A stretch of 64,000 nucleotides of DNA from assembly GCF_004010195.1 (NCBI RefSeq), contig NC_057719.1, forward strand, positions 75,135,960 through 75,199,959. The letters are read 5' to 3'. Below, in pieces: positions 50,930 to 62,974 of the stretch. Position numbers and translations under genes: made by a program. Source of the stretch: Chiloscyllium plagiosum (Eukaryota). Below the pieces are notes generated by a model. That model was not told the DNA's origin. It was given only the letters and a program-made list of their open reading frames with translations, and made no database searches. The number at the start of each line of letters is the position of its first letter. Position 1 is the first letter of the stretch.

Positions 50930-52880
50930 TTAAGGGAAAGTCATGTCAAACTAGCTTGCTGGAGTTTTTTGAAGAGTAGAGAGATTTGATGAGTAGAATG
51001 CTACTGATAAGGTATACATGGATTTCTAAAGGCATTTGACACAGGAATACACAACAGACATGTGAGGAAATGATAAGTCAAGACACTAAAGAGGTTGTAG
51101 CAACAGGGATACAAAATTATGGGAAGTGACAGCCTAGTGGGATTATTGCTGGATTGTTAATCCAAAGACCAAGGCAATTTCTGAGGACCTGGGTTCAAAT
51201 CCCACCACGGCATATGGTGGCAATTCAATAGAAAATCTGGAATGAAGAGTCTTACACTGACCATGACTCCATTGCCAATTGTCAGAAAGACCCATCTGGC
51301 TCACTAATGTCCTTTAGGGAAGGAAACTGCCACCCTTACCTTATGTATGACTCCAGACCAACAACTGACTCTTAATTGCCCTCTGGACAGTTAGGGATGG
51401 GCAATAAATGTCGATCTAGCCACCGACACCCTCATCCAGTGAAAGAAAAAAACATTAGCTGAGGGGTAGAAATCAGAGAATAATGGTTAATAGGCATTTT
51501 TCAGGTTGGAGGAAGGATTGAGCTGGAGTTCTCTAGGGATTGACATTTCCGAATACATTTTAATGATCTGGCGCGTGGTGTACAGGGGACAATTTCAAAG
51601 TTCGTGGATGACTCAAAAGTTAGAAGGATCTTAAATTGTGAGAGAGGACAGTGTGGAACTTCAACAAGACATCGAGAAGTATTGAGGTGTGCGGATATGT
51701 GGCAGATGATGTTCAATGCAGCGAAGGGTGAGGTGATACACTTTACATACAAAGAACATGGAGAGAGAATATAAAACAAAAGGTACCATTTCAGAGGATG
51801 TAGAGAAGTAGAGAGACCTCAATGTTTATGTGCAAAAATTATTAAAGTGAGAGGATGGGTAGAGAGAACTGTTCATATAGCATGCAGTATGTTGAAATTG
51901 TTTTTAAAGCAGTTCTTTGAGTATAAGAGGATATTGGTGAGGGCTCTTCCGGAGTACTGTGTCCAGTTCTGGTCACCCATTGATCGGAAGGATATTATTG
52001 AGCTGAAGAGGGTTCAGAAAAGGTTGACGAGGATGTTGCCGGGTATGGAAGGTTTGAGTTATAAAGAAAGGCTGGATAGACTGGGACCTTATAGTTTATA
52101 GAAAGAGAGACCTTATAGAACTTTATAAAATAATGAAGGGTATAGATAGAGTTAATGGTAGGTGTCTTTTCCCTGGGGTGGGAGATTTCAAGATTTGGGG
52201 GCACATTTTCAAGGTGAGAGGAGAGAGGTTTTAAAAAATCATGAGGAGCAAATTATTTACACAGAGGGTGGAATGAACTTCCTGAGGAAGTGGTGGACAC
52301 GGATACAATTACAATGTTTAAAAGACATTTGGATAAGTACATGAATAGGGAAGGTTGAGAGATATGAGCCAGGAGCAGGCAGGTGAGACTAGTTTAGTTT
52401 GGGATTATAGTTGGCATGGACTGGTTGGACCAAAGGGTCTGTTTCCATGCTGTATGACTCTAAGTACAGGGCTGTTAGGTTGAACCTGTATAGGTCATAG
52501 ATTAGACTTCATCTGGAGTGTAGTGTACAATTCTTGGCGCCACATTTTAGGAAGAGTGTGAATGTATTGGAGAGAGTGCAAAAGATGTTTACAAGTTGCG
52601 GAAATGACAAACGGCAGTTATGAGTTAAGCTTGGAGACGTTGGGACTGTTTGTCTTGGAGGGGAGAAGGCTGAGGGGAGATTTGATTAACGTTTTCAAAA
52701 TCATGTTGGGCCTGTACAGAGTTGCCAGGGAGAAACCGTTCCCATTTGTGAAAGGACCTAGATAGAACCAGAGCGAATAGTTTTAAAATGTTCTGCAAAG
52801 GAATCAAACGCGAGCTGAGGAAAACCTTTTCTCACAGTGAGTGGAACGCACTGCCTGGAAGCATGGTGGAGACAGATTCA
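50930..52880 (+). mobile_element. CR1 RT region with a nested SINE (51130-51452) and a nested younger CR1 (~51915-52462)
   Basis: KSCQTSLLEFFE, YMDF.KAFD, SKFVDD, then two successive LEY/C.VQF...LGLF...RGDL termini. Confidence 0.8.
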
Positions 52881-52889
52881 GCTGAGACC

Positions 52890-53140
52890 TTCAATCCTCA
52901 ATAACCTCCCTCCCTTGCCTAACAAGAATCTGGCTTCTTCTGCCTGAATAAAACATTCCATAACCCCACCTCCTCCGATTTCTGAGGCCGAAAGTTGCGA
53001 AATTGCACAACCTTCAGAGAAAGAAATTCCCTTCATTTCTGGCCCAAAAGGGGTGACCCCTAATTTTAAAACAGTGCCCCCCGCTAGTTCTGGCCTCAAC
53101 CACAGGAGAACGTATCCTTTCCACATCCACCTTGTCAAAC
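52890..53140 (-). mobile_element. CR1 LINE 3' fragment
   Basis: Decayed DKVDVERI...LKIRG.PF..EM...FFSE...EARFLLGKG. Confidence 0.6.
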
Positions 53141-53576
53141 AATGGGAAATTTAAAGATGCAATCCATCACAAGGATGTAATCTTCCCCATGTGCTATGAA
53201 TAGGTCTCTTCTACTTCCAATGTCTCTCCTACTGCTTGGATTGATATGAATGACATATCACACATGTTTTGTACTGAAGAATCATTGAATACCCTGACTT
53301 TTTTCTAGCCTGTACACAGATTCAAATGCTAGCAACCTAACGTGCTCACGACCCACATTCCCTTGTGTAACATGGACATGACATCTTGGTGTAACCCTTT
53401 TGTCCTTAGCACTAGTTTGCATTGCAAATGGCTTTTGATGAGATACCAGTTCCATCTGTTTGTGGACAAAATGACTGAATCTTATCAAGCATTTCTTTGA
53501 TACTGTCATGTAATCTCCAAATAATGATCTTTCATAACTCTTGTAGTTGTTCATCTTCGGCAGTAGAGTTAGGCTT

Positions 53577-53785
53577 GAAAAGCACAGCAGTTCAGGCAGC
53601 ATCTGAGGAGCAGGAAAATTGACATTTCAGGCAAAAGCCTTTCATCAGGAATATTCCTGATGAAGGGCTTTTGCCCAAAACCTCGATTTTCCTGCTCCTC
53701 GGATGCTGCCTGAACTGCTGTGCTTTTCCAGCACCACTCTACTCCAGAATCTGATTTCCAGCATCTGCAGTCATTGTTTTTACCA
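53577..53785. repeat. Head-to-head palindromic pair of hammerhead-bearing repeats (76-bp arms, no spacer)
   Basis: Centre aggaat|attcct between 53652 and 53653. CTGATGA on both strands (53657-53663 +, 53648-53642 -). Confidence 0.9.
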
Positions 53786-56249
53786 CCTTCAGCATTACCA
53801 ATTGCAATGTTCATATTGGCTCTGGCCAAAGTGTAATGGATCAACATTGAAAATATCTTCTAGTCCACAGCCAAGGGCATCAAAATATAGATTTGGAGGA
53901 ATATCCTGGATCTCGGTGTTCCGAGAAATCTGCTCAGTGAGTCAAACATAATCATCCTGCTCCCTGGCATGTATTTCACTTTAAAGTCATATTCTTGCAC
54001 CTTGACAAGATGTCACTGCAAAACATAATGGCTCACATATTAACAGTTTGTGGCAGATCATTTTGAGTGGTTTTTGATCTGTTTCCATGGTGATTTCTTT
54101 TGCCAAATATGTGTGTTGAAAGCTGCATAACTTCTGCATATTAATGGCATTTCAAAGTAGATACAGATGTGTGTTGGTTACTTCTGTCAAGAGAAGGGTT
54201 TACATGTCCATATTAAAAGAAATTAAAAAATCTTTAAGAACACTGATTAAATATAACATTCTGTTAGAGACTGGGCCCAATCGACTGTGGACCTTATCTT
54301 GATCATTGAAAGATGGTTATTCTGTTGGGTTATGACAGACAGAGAAATCATGTAATTCCATTAGCTTTTCTTTAACAGTCCCAAAGAGTCCAGGATGAAC
54401 AAGCTTTTATTTTAGTTCAGTTCAGAAGCAAGTTTCATTTCAGTTCAGAACACATCAGTGTTGAGCTGCTCTGCACGAAGGAAGATTCAGGGCGGTTCAG
54501 GGAACAGATTACTCCAGTAGCAATGTTTAGTTTGTGAAACTTCCAAACAAGGAGAGTTTGGGTAGAAATCTATAGGTTGTCAGAGCTGACAAAGTTTCGG
54601 CTCTTGGATTTGAGGAAAAGTCCTCATTTGCAGATATGAAAATTTGAAAAACCGGCTCCACAGTCAATGACAAGGATGCACTCAAGAGTCAGTTAATAAG
54701 GACTAGAAAGAGTTGAGATGGCGGTATTCTTGCGTGACTTGATTCTGTGTAAGGGACAGTGTCAGGCAACAGGTCATTGTTTGGGCTGTGATCGCTCTAG
54801 CTGGCATGTTTAGATAGCTCTTTGTTTTTATTTCCTCTTTTATTGTTAAGTTCTGATTTGTTGTTAAGTCTGTAGCCTGGTATAAATATACTTCAGTGAA
54901 TAACCATCACATGAATTAATGAAGCGAAAATACTAAATGCAAAATTCTATCAAGCCAGGTTTTGGTCTGGGAGCTGACTTGTCCAGTGTTATCATGACCT
55001 CGGGTCATAGTTGTGAAATTTCAGGATGCCAAATATCAGAGATACTGTCTCATGTTTTAAATTGAAATAGTTAGCTAATGTGGATGACAGGGTCCTTTAC
55101 TAAAAGCAAAAGATTTATTTTGCAGAAGACATAGCTCAGGCATTTATTGTGATATGTCTCCAAAAGGAATTGCATTTTTCTCATAGTCATAGTAATACAG
55201 TAAGCAAGGTATTGCTGACAGATTGACAGAATCAAAGACATTTCAGTGATCATCCGGAAACATACAGGTGATGTATTTGTTGAGAAAAGCTCTCAGCAGA
55301 GATGACTTATTTGCAAAAGTTTGGAATATATGATAAGAGGTAATTTAAAGTCAATGTTATGGATCCTCTTTACACTGTGGAGTTGGCATTTGTTTAACAT
55401 CCTCAATCTTCCCTGATTGAGATGGACTCCATGGTCAAAGTAAATGGCTGGAAGGAAGTTGATCTGCTTGATGCTTACCTGGCATTTTACGCTGTTAAAT
55501 CCCAATCCTGGTCATTGAGTTGCTGGCCTCAATAAAGATTAAGGTTGTGATCATGCGGTTGGGATTCTTCTGCCAAATGGACTGACCAATATGATGCTTT
55601 GTATTTAGCTTGGATACGAATCTCACACTGCAAAATTCAGGATTTAATTCTTTCCACATCAGTATCTTTAAGTGAACCTTTTCAGTGAAAGGCTGAGATG
55701 CTTGAATCTGCACTTATTCATATTGTGCCACCTTTCTTTCTCGCACATGTAATGAAGATAAAGGAGTATATGCAATGCTTGACCTTCCGAATTAAACCTT
55801 TTGCTCCAATGCATTCAATTCTGTTCAAAGCTTCTCCTGTAATTATCCCTGCACGTGCTTTCCACAAATGGGGTTGCTTCATCTTTGAGACGCTGTACCT
55901 CGAAATTTCCGATAATGTCAAATGATTGAGTTTATTGACTGATTCGATTGCCCCACAGTGGGTGCGGCCTTAGCCTTATAAATTATGCCTATACTGACAG
56001 TACCAGGTCCTGGTGTTTCTGGGAATTTGGTATCTACCCGTTAAAAGATTTCAGGAAGCCGAGAAGAGCTTGCATACTGGCACTGTGGTAATTCTACCAA
56101 TGCATAGAATTAGTGATTCATTACACGCTGTGAGATGGTCGCTTGTAGGCTGTATTGAGGGCTGACCACTTGCTGAAGAATGTTTCTCTCAGGATGTGGC
56201 ATCAACTCCCACGTAGAGTAAAGGAGTTAAGGAATATTACAACCCCAAG

Positions 56250-57354
56250 CCTCCTCTAATTCTGAGACGTTATCTGCTTTACTCAGCAATTTGAGAACTG
56301 GTGAATCCATGTCGGGATTTTTGACAAGGTTCAGATGACTGGCAGAGGTATGTGATTTTGGTTTAACCCTTAATGAGATGCTGAGAGACCTGGTTGGGAT
56401 GTGGGATTAATGGCACCTACTCGCTGAAGCCCACCTAGACTTCCAACAGGCACAACAACTGGCACTACCATTGGAAAATGCACAAAGTAGAGCATATAAG
56501 TTGCAGGGTATTCTAATGGAAGTGGACACCCTCGCCAGTCTGACTGAGCTTGGGGAATACCACTTGAGTGAAGGCAATTGCATAGCCTTACTCACAACGT
56601 ATCCTGATCAGAGGGACTCTAGGCCAGCAAAACTCCAAAACAAAGCCAAGGCTCGACAAACAGTTAAAAGTTTCTTCAGGATCCGGGCCCTGCAAGGCAT
56701 CGTAGTTGCCACCATATGCAGACTCAGCAAAAGTGTCCCACCAGGCCTGAATTGAATAAGACAACTCAAAGGCCACACTAGAATGCCCACCCACATATGG
56801 TTTGGAACAGTTAAATTGCCTAACAACATCTAAATCAGAACCAATCAACATAAACAGAAGCAGAGTCATTGGGGATAGTTAAGCGACTGCTGGACATGCA
56901 CATGAATAACAGTGAGTCGAGGGGTGTGTAGGTTAAGTTACTATATTTTACATTAGGATTAAATCTCGGCACAACATCATGGACCAAAGGGCTTGTTCTG
57001 TGCTGTACTTTTCTATGTTCTATGTTCTATAAAGCCCAAGCTCGATGGGGTGAATTTGTTTGAGAAAGATTCACCTTGATTGGCTCAACATTTTTTGATG
57101 GCTAACTGAGTGAAGTCCTAATTAAACATCCGAAAGATTTTCAGGAAGGTCTAGGGACTATCAAAAGAACCAAGGTCACCTTGCGTGTTGACCTGGAAGC
57201 AATTCCATGACTCTGCAAGGCCCATCCAATGCTGTTTGCCTTACAGGCAAAAGTTGAGGAAGAAATCAGGGAGGCTGGAAAGCGCAGGAATGATCAAACC
57301 TGTCCAGTCCGTGGAATTGGCAACGCCAGTCGTACAGATTGTGAAGCCCGATGC
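56250..57354 (+). mobile_element. Ty3/gypsy LTR retrotransposon relic, 5' part (gag and start of RT)
   Basis: GESMSGFLTRFR*LAEVCDFGLTLNEMLRD (gag); RLESAGMIKPVQSVELATPVVQIVKPD (RT N-terminus). Confidence 0.85.
56860..57030 (+). mobile_element. CR1-type 3' tail fragment nested in the gypsy element
   Basis: ggcacaacatcatggaccaaagggcttgttctgtgctgta and a (ttctatg)n tail. Confidence 0.75.
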
Positions 57355-57689
57355 TTTTTTAAAATAATATATTTTTATTGAGAAAAAATAGATTTTTAAA
57401 AATATTACAACAAGTACAAAACAATGCAATTCAAAACAGTACAAAAATAAACACGAATAATAAAAAAAATCCCCAACCCACACTCCTGTACAAATGTATA
57501 AACATAGAAATACATATAGAAAAACATAAAAATTAAAAAAAAAACCTAAACTAGCATTTAACTAAATAAATAAATAACCAACAACAAACAAATAAATAGT
57601 AATAACTCAGCCCAGTCAAACAAAACACTCATATATTCACAGTTCCTCCTCCCTGGATATTGGACTCGTGAAACACAATCGTTACGGCG

Positions 57690-60600
57690 ATATAAAAGCC
57701 CTTGTTAGTGTGGCAGATAAATCTGTGACCAGGTATTCCAAAAAGGGCTGCCATGTCTTGTAAAACTTCGCAGTTTTGTGGTGTACCATATTTGTGAGAA
57801 AATCCAAGGGAATATGCTCCATAACAATCTTCCACCAACCCGACAGGCCTGGGTCTTTTTTCAGATATCCAACCTAGCAAGATATTCTTTCTTGCACAGA
57901 ATGTGAGAATATTGAAAAGTTTTATCTTATGTACGTCTGCAGGAAATGAAATGGGTAGGCCCAAAAGGAGAGTGATAGGGTCCTTCTCCACCCCTACACC
58001 TAAAATCCTCTCCATTGCACCCACCACAGTGCTCCAATATGTTTGAAGCCTGTCACAAGACCAAAGACCTGGGTAAGAGTACCCATACAGACCTTGCACT
58101 TGGGACATGCTGAAGATACCCCTGGTTTAAATTTTGACAAACGATCTGGAACCAAGTGAACCCTGTGGAGAATCTTCAACTGTAAAGCATGAGTCCTATT
58201 GGAAATTGATATCTTCCTTGCTTTCTCCCAAATGTCCTCCCATGCCTCTGAGGAAACTTCAACACCCAGCTCTCTTTCCCACATCTTGCAGAGTCGATCA
58301 GACTCATCTGAGGTGGCACCCCTCAATTGATTATATAAAGTACTGACAGAGAGTATACTCTCTTAGCCCTTAGTACCCCTCTTTCTATGTCAGATTTGCT
58401 GGGATCAGTCAAAAGTGTGGGTTTTTTTTGAATGAAATCCCTAACTTGAAAAAAACAAAAGAGGTCTCTATTAGATAACTCATACTTCTGTACTAACTGA
58501 TCAAAGGACATCATAATGTCTCCCTCAAATAAATCGCCCATGCAAGACACATCCCTAGCTGCCTAACGTTTAAATCCTGAATCTATCATGCCCGGTTGAA
58601 AACCCAGCATATCCACTAAAGGTGTAAACAAAGATGTTTTGCCAATATTACCTTCCCTCTGCTGAATTGCCCTCCATGCTTTAACAGTATTGATGACTAT
58701 TGGGTTATGGCAATATTCCCTAACTGTCCTCATCTTGTCCAAAAACCGCAAACTGGTAAGGGGGCACCTTGCCTGGGAGGCTTCGATATAGAGCCATATT
58801 GAAAGAGGATCCCCACAAACCCAATCACTGACATTGGACAAAAGCGAGCTTAATTGGTCATTTTTAACATCTGGAAGGTCCACTCCCCCAAATCTGTGAG
58901 GTAACTGCAGTTTGGCTCATTTAATGAGGGGTCGTTTACGGTGCCAGATAAAGGAGCTGAACCAACCGTTCTGTCTCCTGAGTGTTTGTTTATTGAAAAT
59001 CAGGGGGAGCATCCGTATAGGGTATAGCAAATGAGGGAGAATATTCACCTTAATAAGCGCTATCCGACCCAACCATGAGACTGGAAATGCCTCCCATCTT
59101 TGAAGAACTTGTTTAATTTTTCCAAATAATTGAATAAAATTGGCTTTAAACAGCCAATCCAGAACTGGAGTAATGAATATGCCCAAATACACAAAGCCCC
59201 CCTGTGACCACTTAAATGGGAACCTGTAGTCACCCTCAAGAGCTAGCTCCATCATAAGGCCATCCATAAGCATAGCCTCTGATTTAGCAAATTAATCTTA
59301 TACTTTGAAAAAGCGCCAAACGCGTGAATGCATTGTATCAGGCAAGGCACTGGGACAGCTGGATTTGTCAAAAAAATTAGGACATCGTCTGCATACAATG
59401 AAATCTTATATAATTTTGACCCCACTTCTGGAGCTGATATATTGGGATCCCCATGGATGGCCTCCGTCAATGGGTTAATCACCAACATAAAAAGTAATGG
59501 TGAAAGGGGACAGCCCTGCCGGCTGCCCTAAAAAATATTAAAATTACTTGATCGTACCCCATTGTTAATGACCACCGCGAGAGGTACACAATAGAGAACC
59601 TTTATCCATCTTATGAAGACTTCGCCCAAACCAAACCAGTCTAGAGTATAGAAAAGGTACGAGGTAAAAACAATGACTGCAGATGCTGGAAACCAGAGTC
59701 TGGATTAGTGGTGCTGGAAGAGCACAGCAGTTCAGGCAGCATCCAAGGAGCTTCGAAATCGACATTTCGGGCAAAAGCCCTTCATCAGAAAAGGGACGGC
59801 CACTCAACTCGGTCAAATACCTTCTCCGCATCTTAAGAAATCACCAATTCCTGTATTGATTGCTGTTGGCATGCTTGAATTACGTTAAGCAGACTCCTAA
59901 CGTTATTGGAGGATCTATGGCCCTTTATAAAGCCCCTCTGATCCTCTTTAAAAATAGAAGGTAGCACAGTCTCCAGCCTTAGAAAGGATTTTAAAGTCCA
60001 CATTTAAGAGCGAGATGGGTCTGCATGAAGCACAGTTTTCTGGGTCCTTCCCTTTTTTAAGGATCAGTGAAATATTGGCCTCTCTCAGAGATGGCGGGAG
60101 ACAATCATGACTGTATAAATCATTAAACATCTTGAGCATCGGGCCTGACAATATATTTATAAATTCCTTATAAAATTCACTGGGAAGTCCGTCAAGACCG
60201 GGTGTCTTTCCACTCTGAAGCTGCCTCACAGCTTCCTGCACTTCTTGCCCTGATAATGGGGCATTGAGAAAGGACTGTTGTTTGGGAGTCACACCCGGGA
60301 GCTTCAGATGCATTTTAGCCTGTCTCTCCTCACAAGCCTGAGATTGGTATAACTTAGAGTACAATCTCTGGAATGCCACATTAATCTTTTTAGAATCACA
60401 TGTTAGGTTCCCAGACCCTTCCCTAATCGCTGTAATGGTTTGTGGGGCACTTCTCTTTCTGGCAAGGTATGCTAAGTATTTGCCTGGCTTGTCACCATGC
60501 TCGTATAACCTTTGCTTTGCAAAAGCCAGCTCCTTCTTTGCCACCTGTATGAGCACGGAATTTAGTGCAGACTGCAGTGCTGTAATCCTCTGTAGGGTCT

Positions 60601-61411
60601 GTCAAAATAGGCCTTCTCGGCTGCCTTCAACCGTGCGTCAACGAGACGTTGCTGTTCACCCTTCTGCCGCTACCCACTGTAACATCCTTAGTCTTGACCA
60701 TAAGATACACTGGAGCATGATCAGAGATGGTAATATTACCAATCGTACAGGATGCCACCAGATCCAGGGTTACCGTAGGGGTCAGAAAAAAATCAATCCT
60801 CGTGTGACATCTATGCAGATTGGAGAAAAATGTGAAATCCCTACCTGTAGGGTGGAGATGCCTCCAGACGTCCACCAACTCTAATTTCCCACACAAACCC
60901 AATAACTGTTTAGTTTGTACAGAGGGTATCGAGGGACCTTTGGGCAACCTGTCTACTGTGGGATCCATGAGACAGTTAAAATCTCCCCCTATAATGATGT
61001 GCCGGGACTCAAGACTTATCAATTTAGAAAAAGCATCTACCAAGAATTTAAGGGGTTGAGCTGGGGGCTAATAGACATTTAAAACACTGTATTCTTTCCC
61101 CATTCATCAGGGCTTTAAGAATTACGAACCCCCCAGATGTGTCTTTAACACATTTCAGCAGCTTAAATGGGAGATTTTTCCTTACCAATATTGCCACTCC
61201 TCTGCTTCTGGTATTAAATTATGAAAAATAAACTTGGTCAAAGCCATTCTGCTGTAATTTCAGATGCTCCTTGTCATCCAGATGTGTCTCCTGTAACAAA
61301 AGAAATATCCATCTTCTCCTTTCTCAGACTCAAGAGTATCTTCTTCCTCTTAATTGGTGAGTGACTTCCCTTGATATTCCAGGTTCACCATTTAATCAAA
61401 TCATTGGCCAT
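57690..61411 (-). pseudogene. L1 ORF2p (APE endonuclease, RT, Cys-rich C-terminus) with multiple stops and frameshifts
   Basis: ATG at 61411; TWNIKG, QETHL, IIGGDFN, TRIDFF, SDHAP, KTPGLDG, RPISLLNVDFKIL, FDRVEW, SLYADD and CPKCK. Confidence 0.93.
59662..59788 (-). mobile_element. Penelope-derived hammerhead repeat inserted in the L1 RT, 12-bp TSD with one mismatch
   Basis: agaaaaggtacg 59650-59661 and agaaaagggacg 59787-59798. Minus strand reads CTGATGA-A-GGGC-TTTT-GCCC-GAAA-TGTC. Confidence 0.88.
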
Positions 61412-61979
61412 AATCTTCTGCAATTACATTTAAATTCCAGAGAGGAGGAACCACAAACTACTGAGCCTTAGTGTCATATGATCCACCAAGTATAAAAACT
61501 ACATAAACTAAAATCACTACATTTAATAAACCTACAAAATTATTCAAAATAAAAAACAACAAAAACCAAAAAACAAACCAACATATAAAGCGCCAACAGC
61601 GCTAAGTAGGGGAACTCACCCCCTGCCCAGAGGGGGCAACTACCCATCCCAAACTGCCCATAAGTAGGCATCTAACCATCCCAGCCACCTTCACTTCTCC
61701 CAGCTGGAGCCGCACCGCAAATACAAGCAGAAAAGTATGAACACTCCATAGAATATCAATATGAATAAAAAAACATTCTTTTATATAAAAAAGGGGGAAA
61801 TAAATGGTATATCCTAACTTAGAAATTGAAAATGTACATCTTAACCACTACCAGACATAGTTTAAAGCAAATTATTTATCAATAGAGAAAAAAAAGAAAT
61901 CAGATTTCCTCCGTTTCCTTTACAAAGTGATAAACACACACCCAAACAACACTATACATACATAGGACAATTATTCAAA

Positions 61980-62847
61980 TTAGGTTAGTTTGTCCATAAA
62001 ATCTCTTGCCTTCTCCGACGTGTCAAAGAGATGTACGTAACTTTCTAAGGTGTCCCGAAGCACTGCCGGATATCTCAGGGAGTACTGAATCCCAAGCTCC
62101 CTCAGTCTTCTCTTGACATTGTCGTAAGATTTTTGTTTCTGGATCACCGCCACTGAGAAGTCCTGAAAGAACATGATCTCAGAGCCCTCGTAAATTAGGG
62201 CCTTCGGATCCTTCCCCTGGAGTCTGGAAGCCTCCATGACTCTCTCCTTATCCCGGTAATGATGTAACCGCACCAGGAGAGGACAAGGACGTTGAACCAG
62301 ATCTCCGCACTGCGACCCAATGAGCCCTCTCTATCTTCAATCCTCTCATACCAGTCTCCAAGTCAAGGAATGTCGGCAGCCAATCCTCAACAAATTCCAC
62401 AGTCCACTCACCTTCCTTACCCTCAGGCAGACCGATGGTCCGAATGTTTTTCCTCCTGCCCCTGTTTTCAAGATCATTGACTTGATCACGCAAATTACGA
62501 ACCCGCAAATCCAGGGCTTGGATCCTGTCCTTGGATGAACTGGCATTAGCTTCCACCACTGTGACCCTGTGCTCCACCTCATCCGTCCTCTTCTCCACGT
62601 CTCCCAGCTGCTGCTCATGCTTCTGCAGCATGAGAGAGATTGGAGCCAGCTTTTCTTCAATCTCTTTCCCCAACATCTTGTGAGATTTCGAGAGCTGGTT
62701 CACCAGGTCCTGGAGAGTAATCGGCTCTGAGGCTGCTGCAGGCCGAACTGCAGACCTGGCCTCGGATGCTCCTCCTCCTTTTTCTTGGCATCTCTGGATG
62801 GCTGAAAATACAGGTAAGTTAATTTTTAGAGTTTCTTGGGACTCCAC
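61980..62847 (-). pseudogene. L1 ORF1p (coiled coil, RRM, CTD), frameshifted; start codon uncertain
   Basis: DLENRGRRKNIRTIGLPEGKE, IERAH, RLHHYRDKERVM, MFFQDFS and YSLRYPAVLR across ORFs 62248-62847 and 61980-62273. Confidence 0.9.
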
Positions 62848-62953
62848 GATCTTTCCGGAGTCCCAAGGAATCCTGAGGACCTGGGTTGGGCGGGTTAAAG
62901 GACCATCCTGATCCTGCTGCGATGCGAGGCTCTGCAGTGTGATCTTCTCAGAT

Positions 62954-62965
62954 CGCCGCCATCTT
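62954..62965 (-). promoter_or_regulatory. YY1-type motif at the L1 5' terminus (internal promoter)
   Basis: AAGATGGCGGCG about 10 nt inside a G-run 5' end; matches the YY1 consensus AANATGGCG. Confidence 0.65.
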
Positions 62966-62974
62966 AGATCCCCC

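Larger units (their letters stand above)
57355..62974 (-). mobile_element. Full-length L1-clade LINE (~5.6 kb), inactivated
   Basis: 5' end GGGGGATCTAAGATGGCGGCG, ORF1, ~570-bp spacer, ORF2, T-rich 3' UTR, AATAAA (57379-57374) and short A tail. Confidence 0.95.

Noticed and set aside
54260..55010. Possible solo LTR (also 48080-48760)
   Set aside because: Composition is suggestive, but termini, TSD and a second copy could not be identified.
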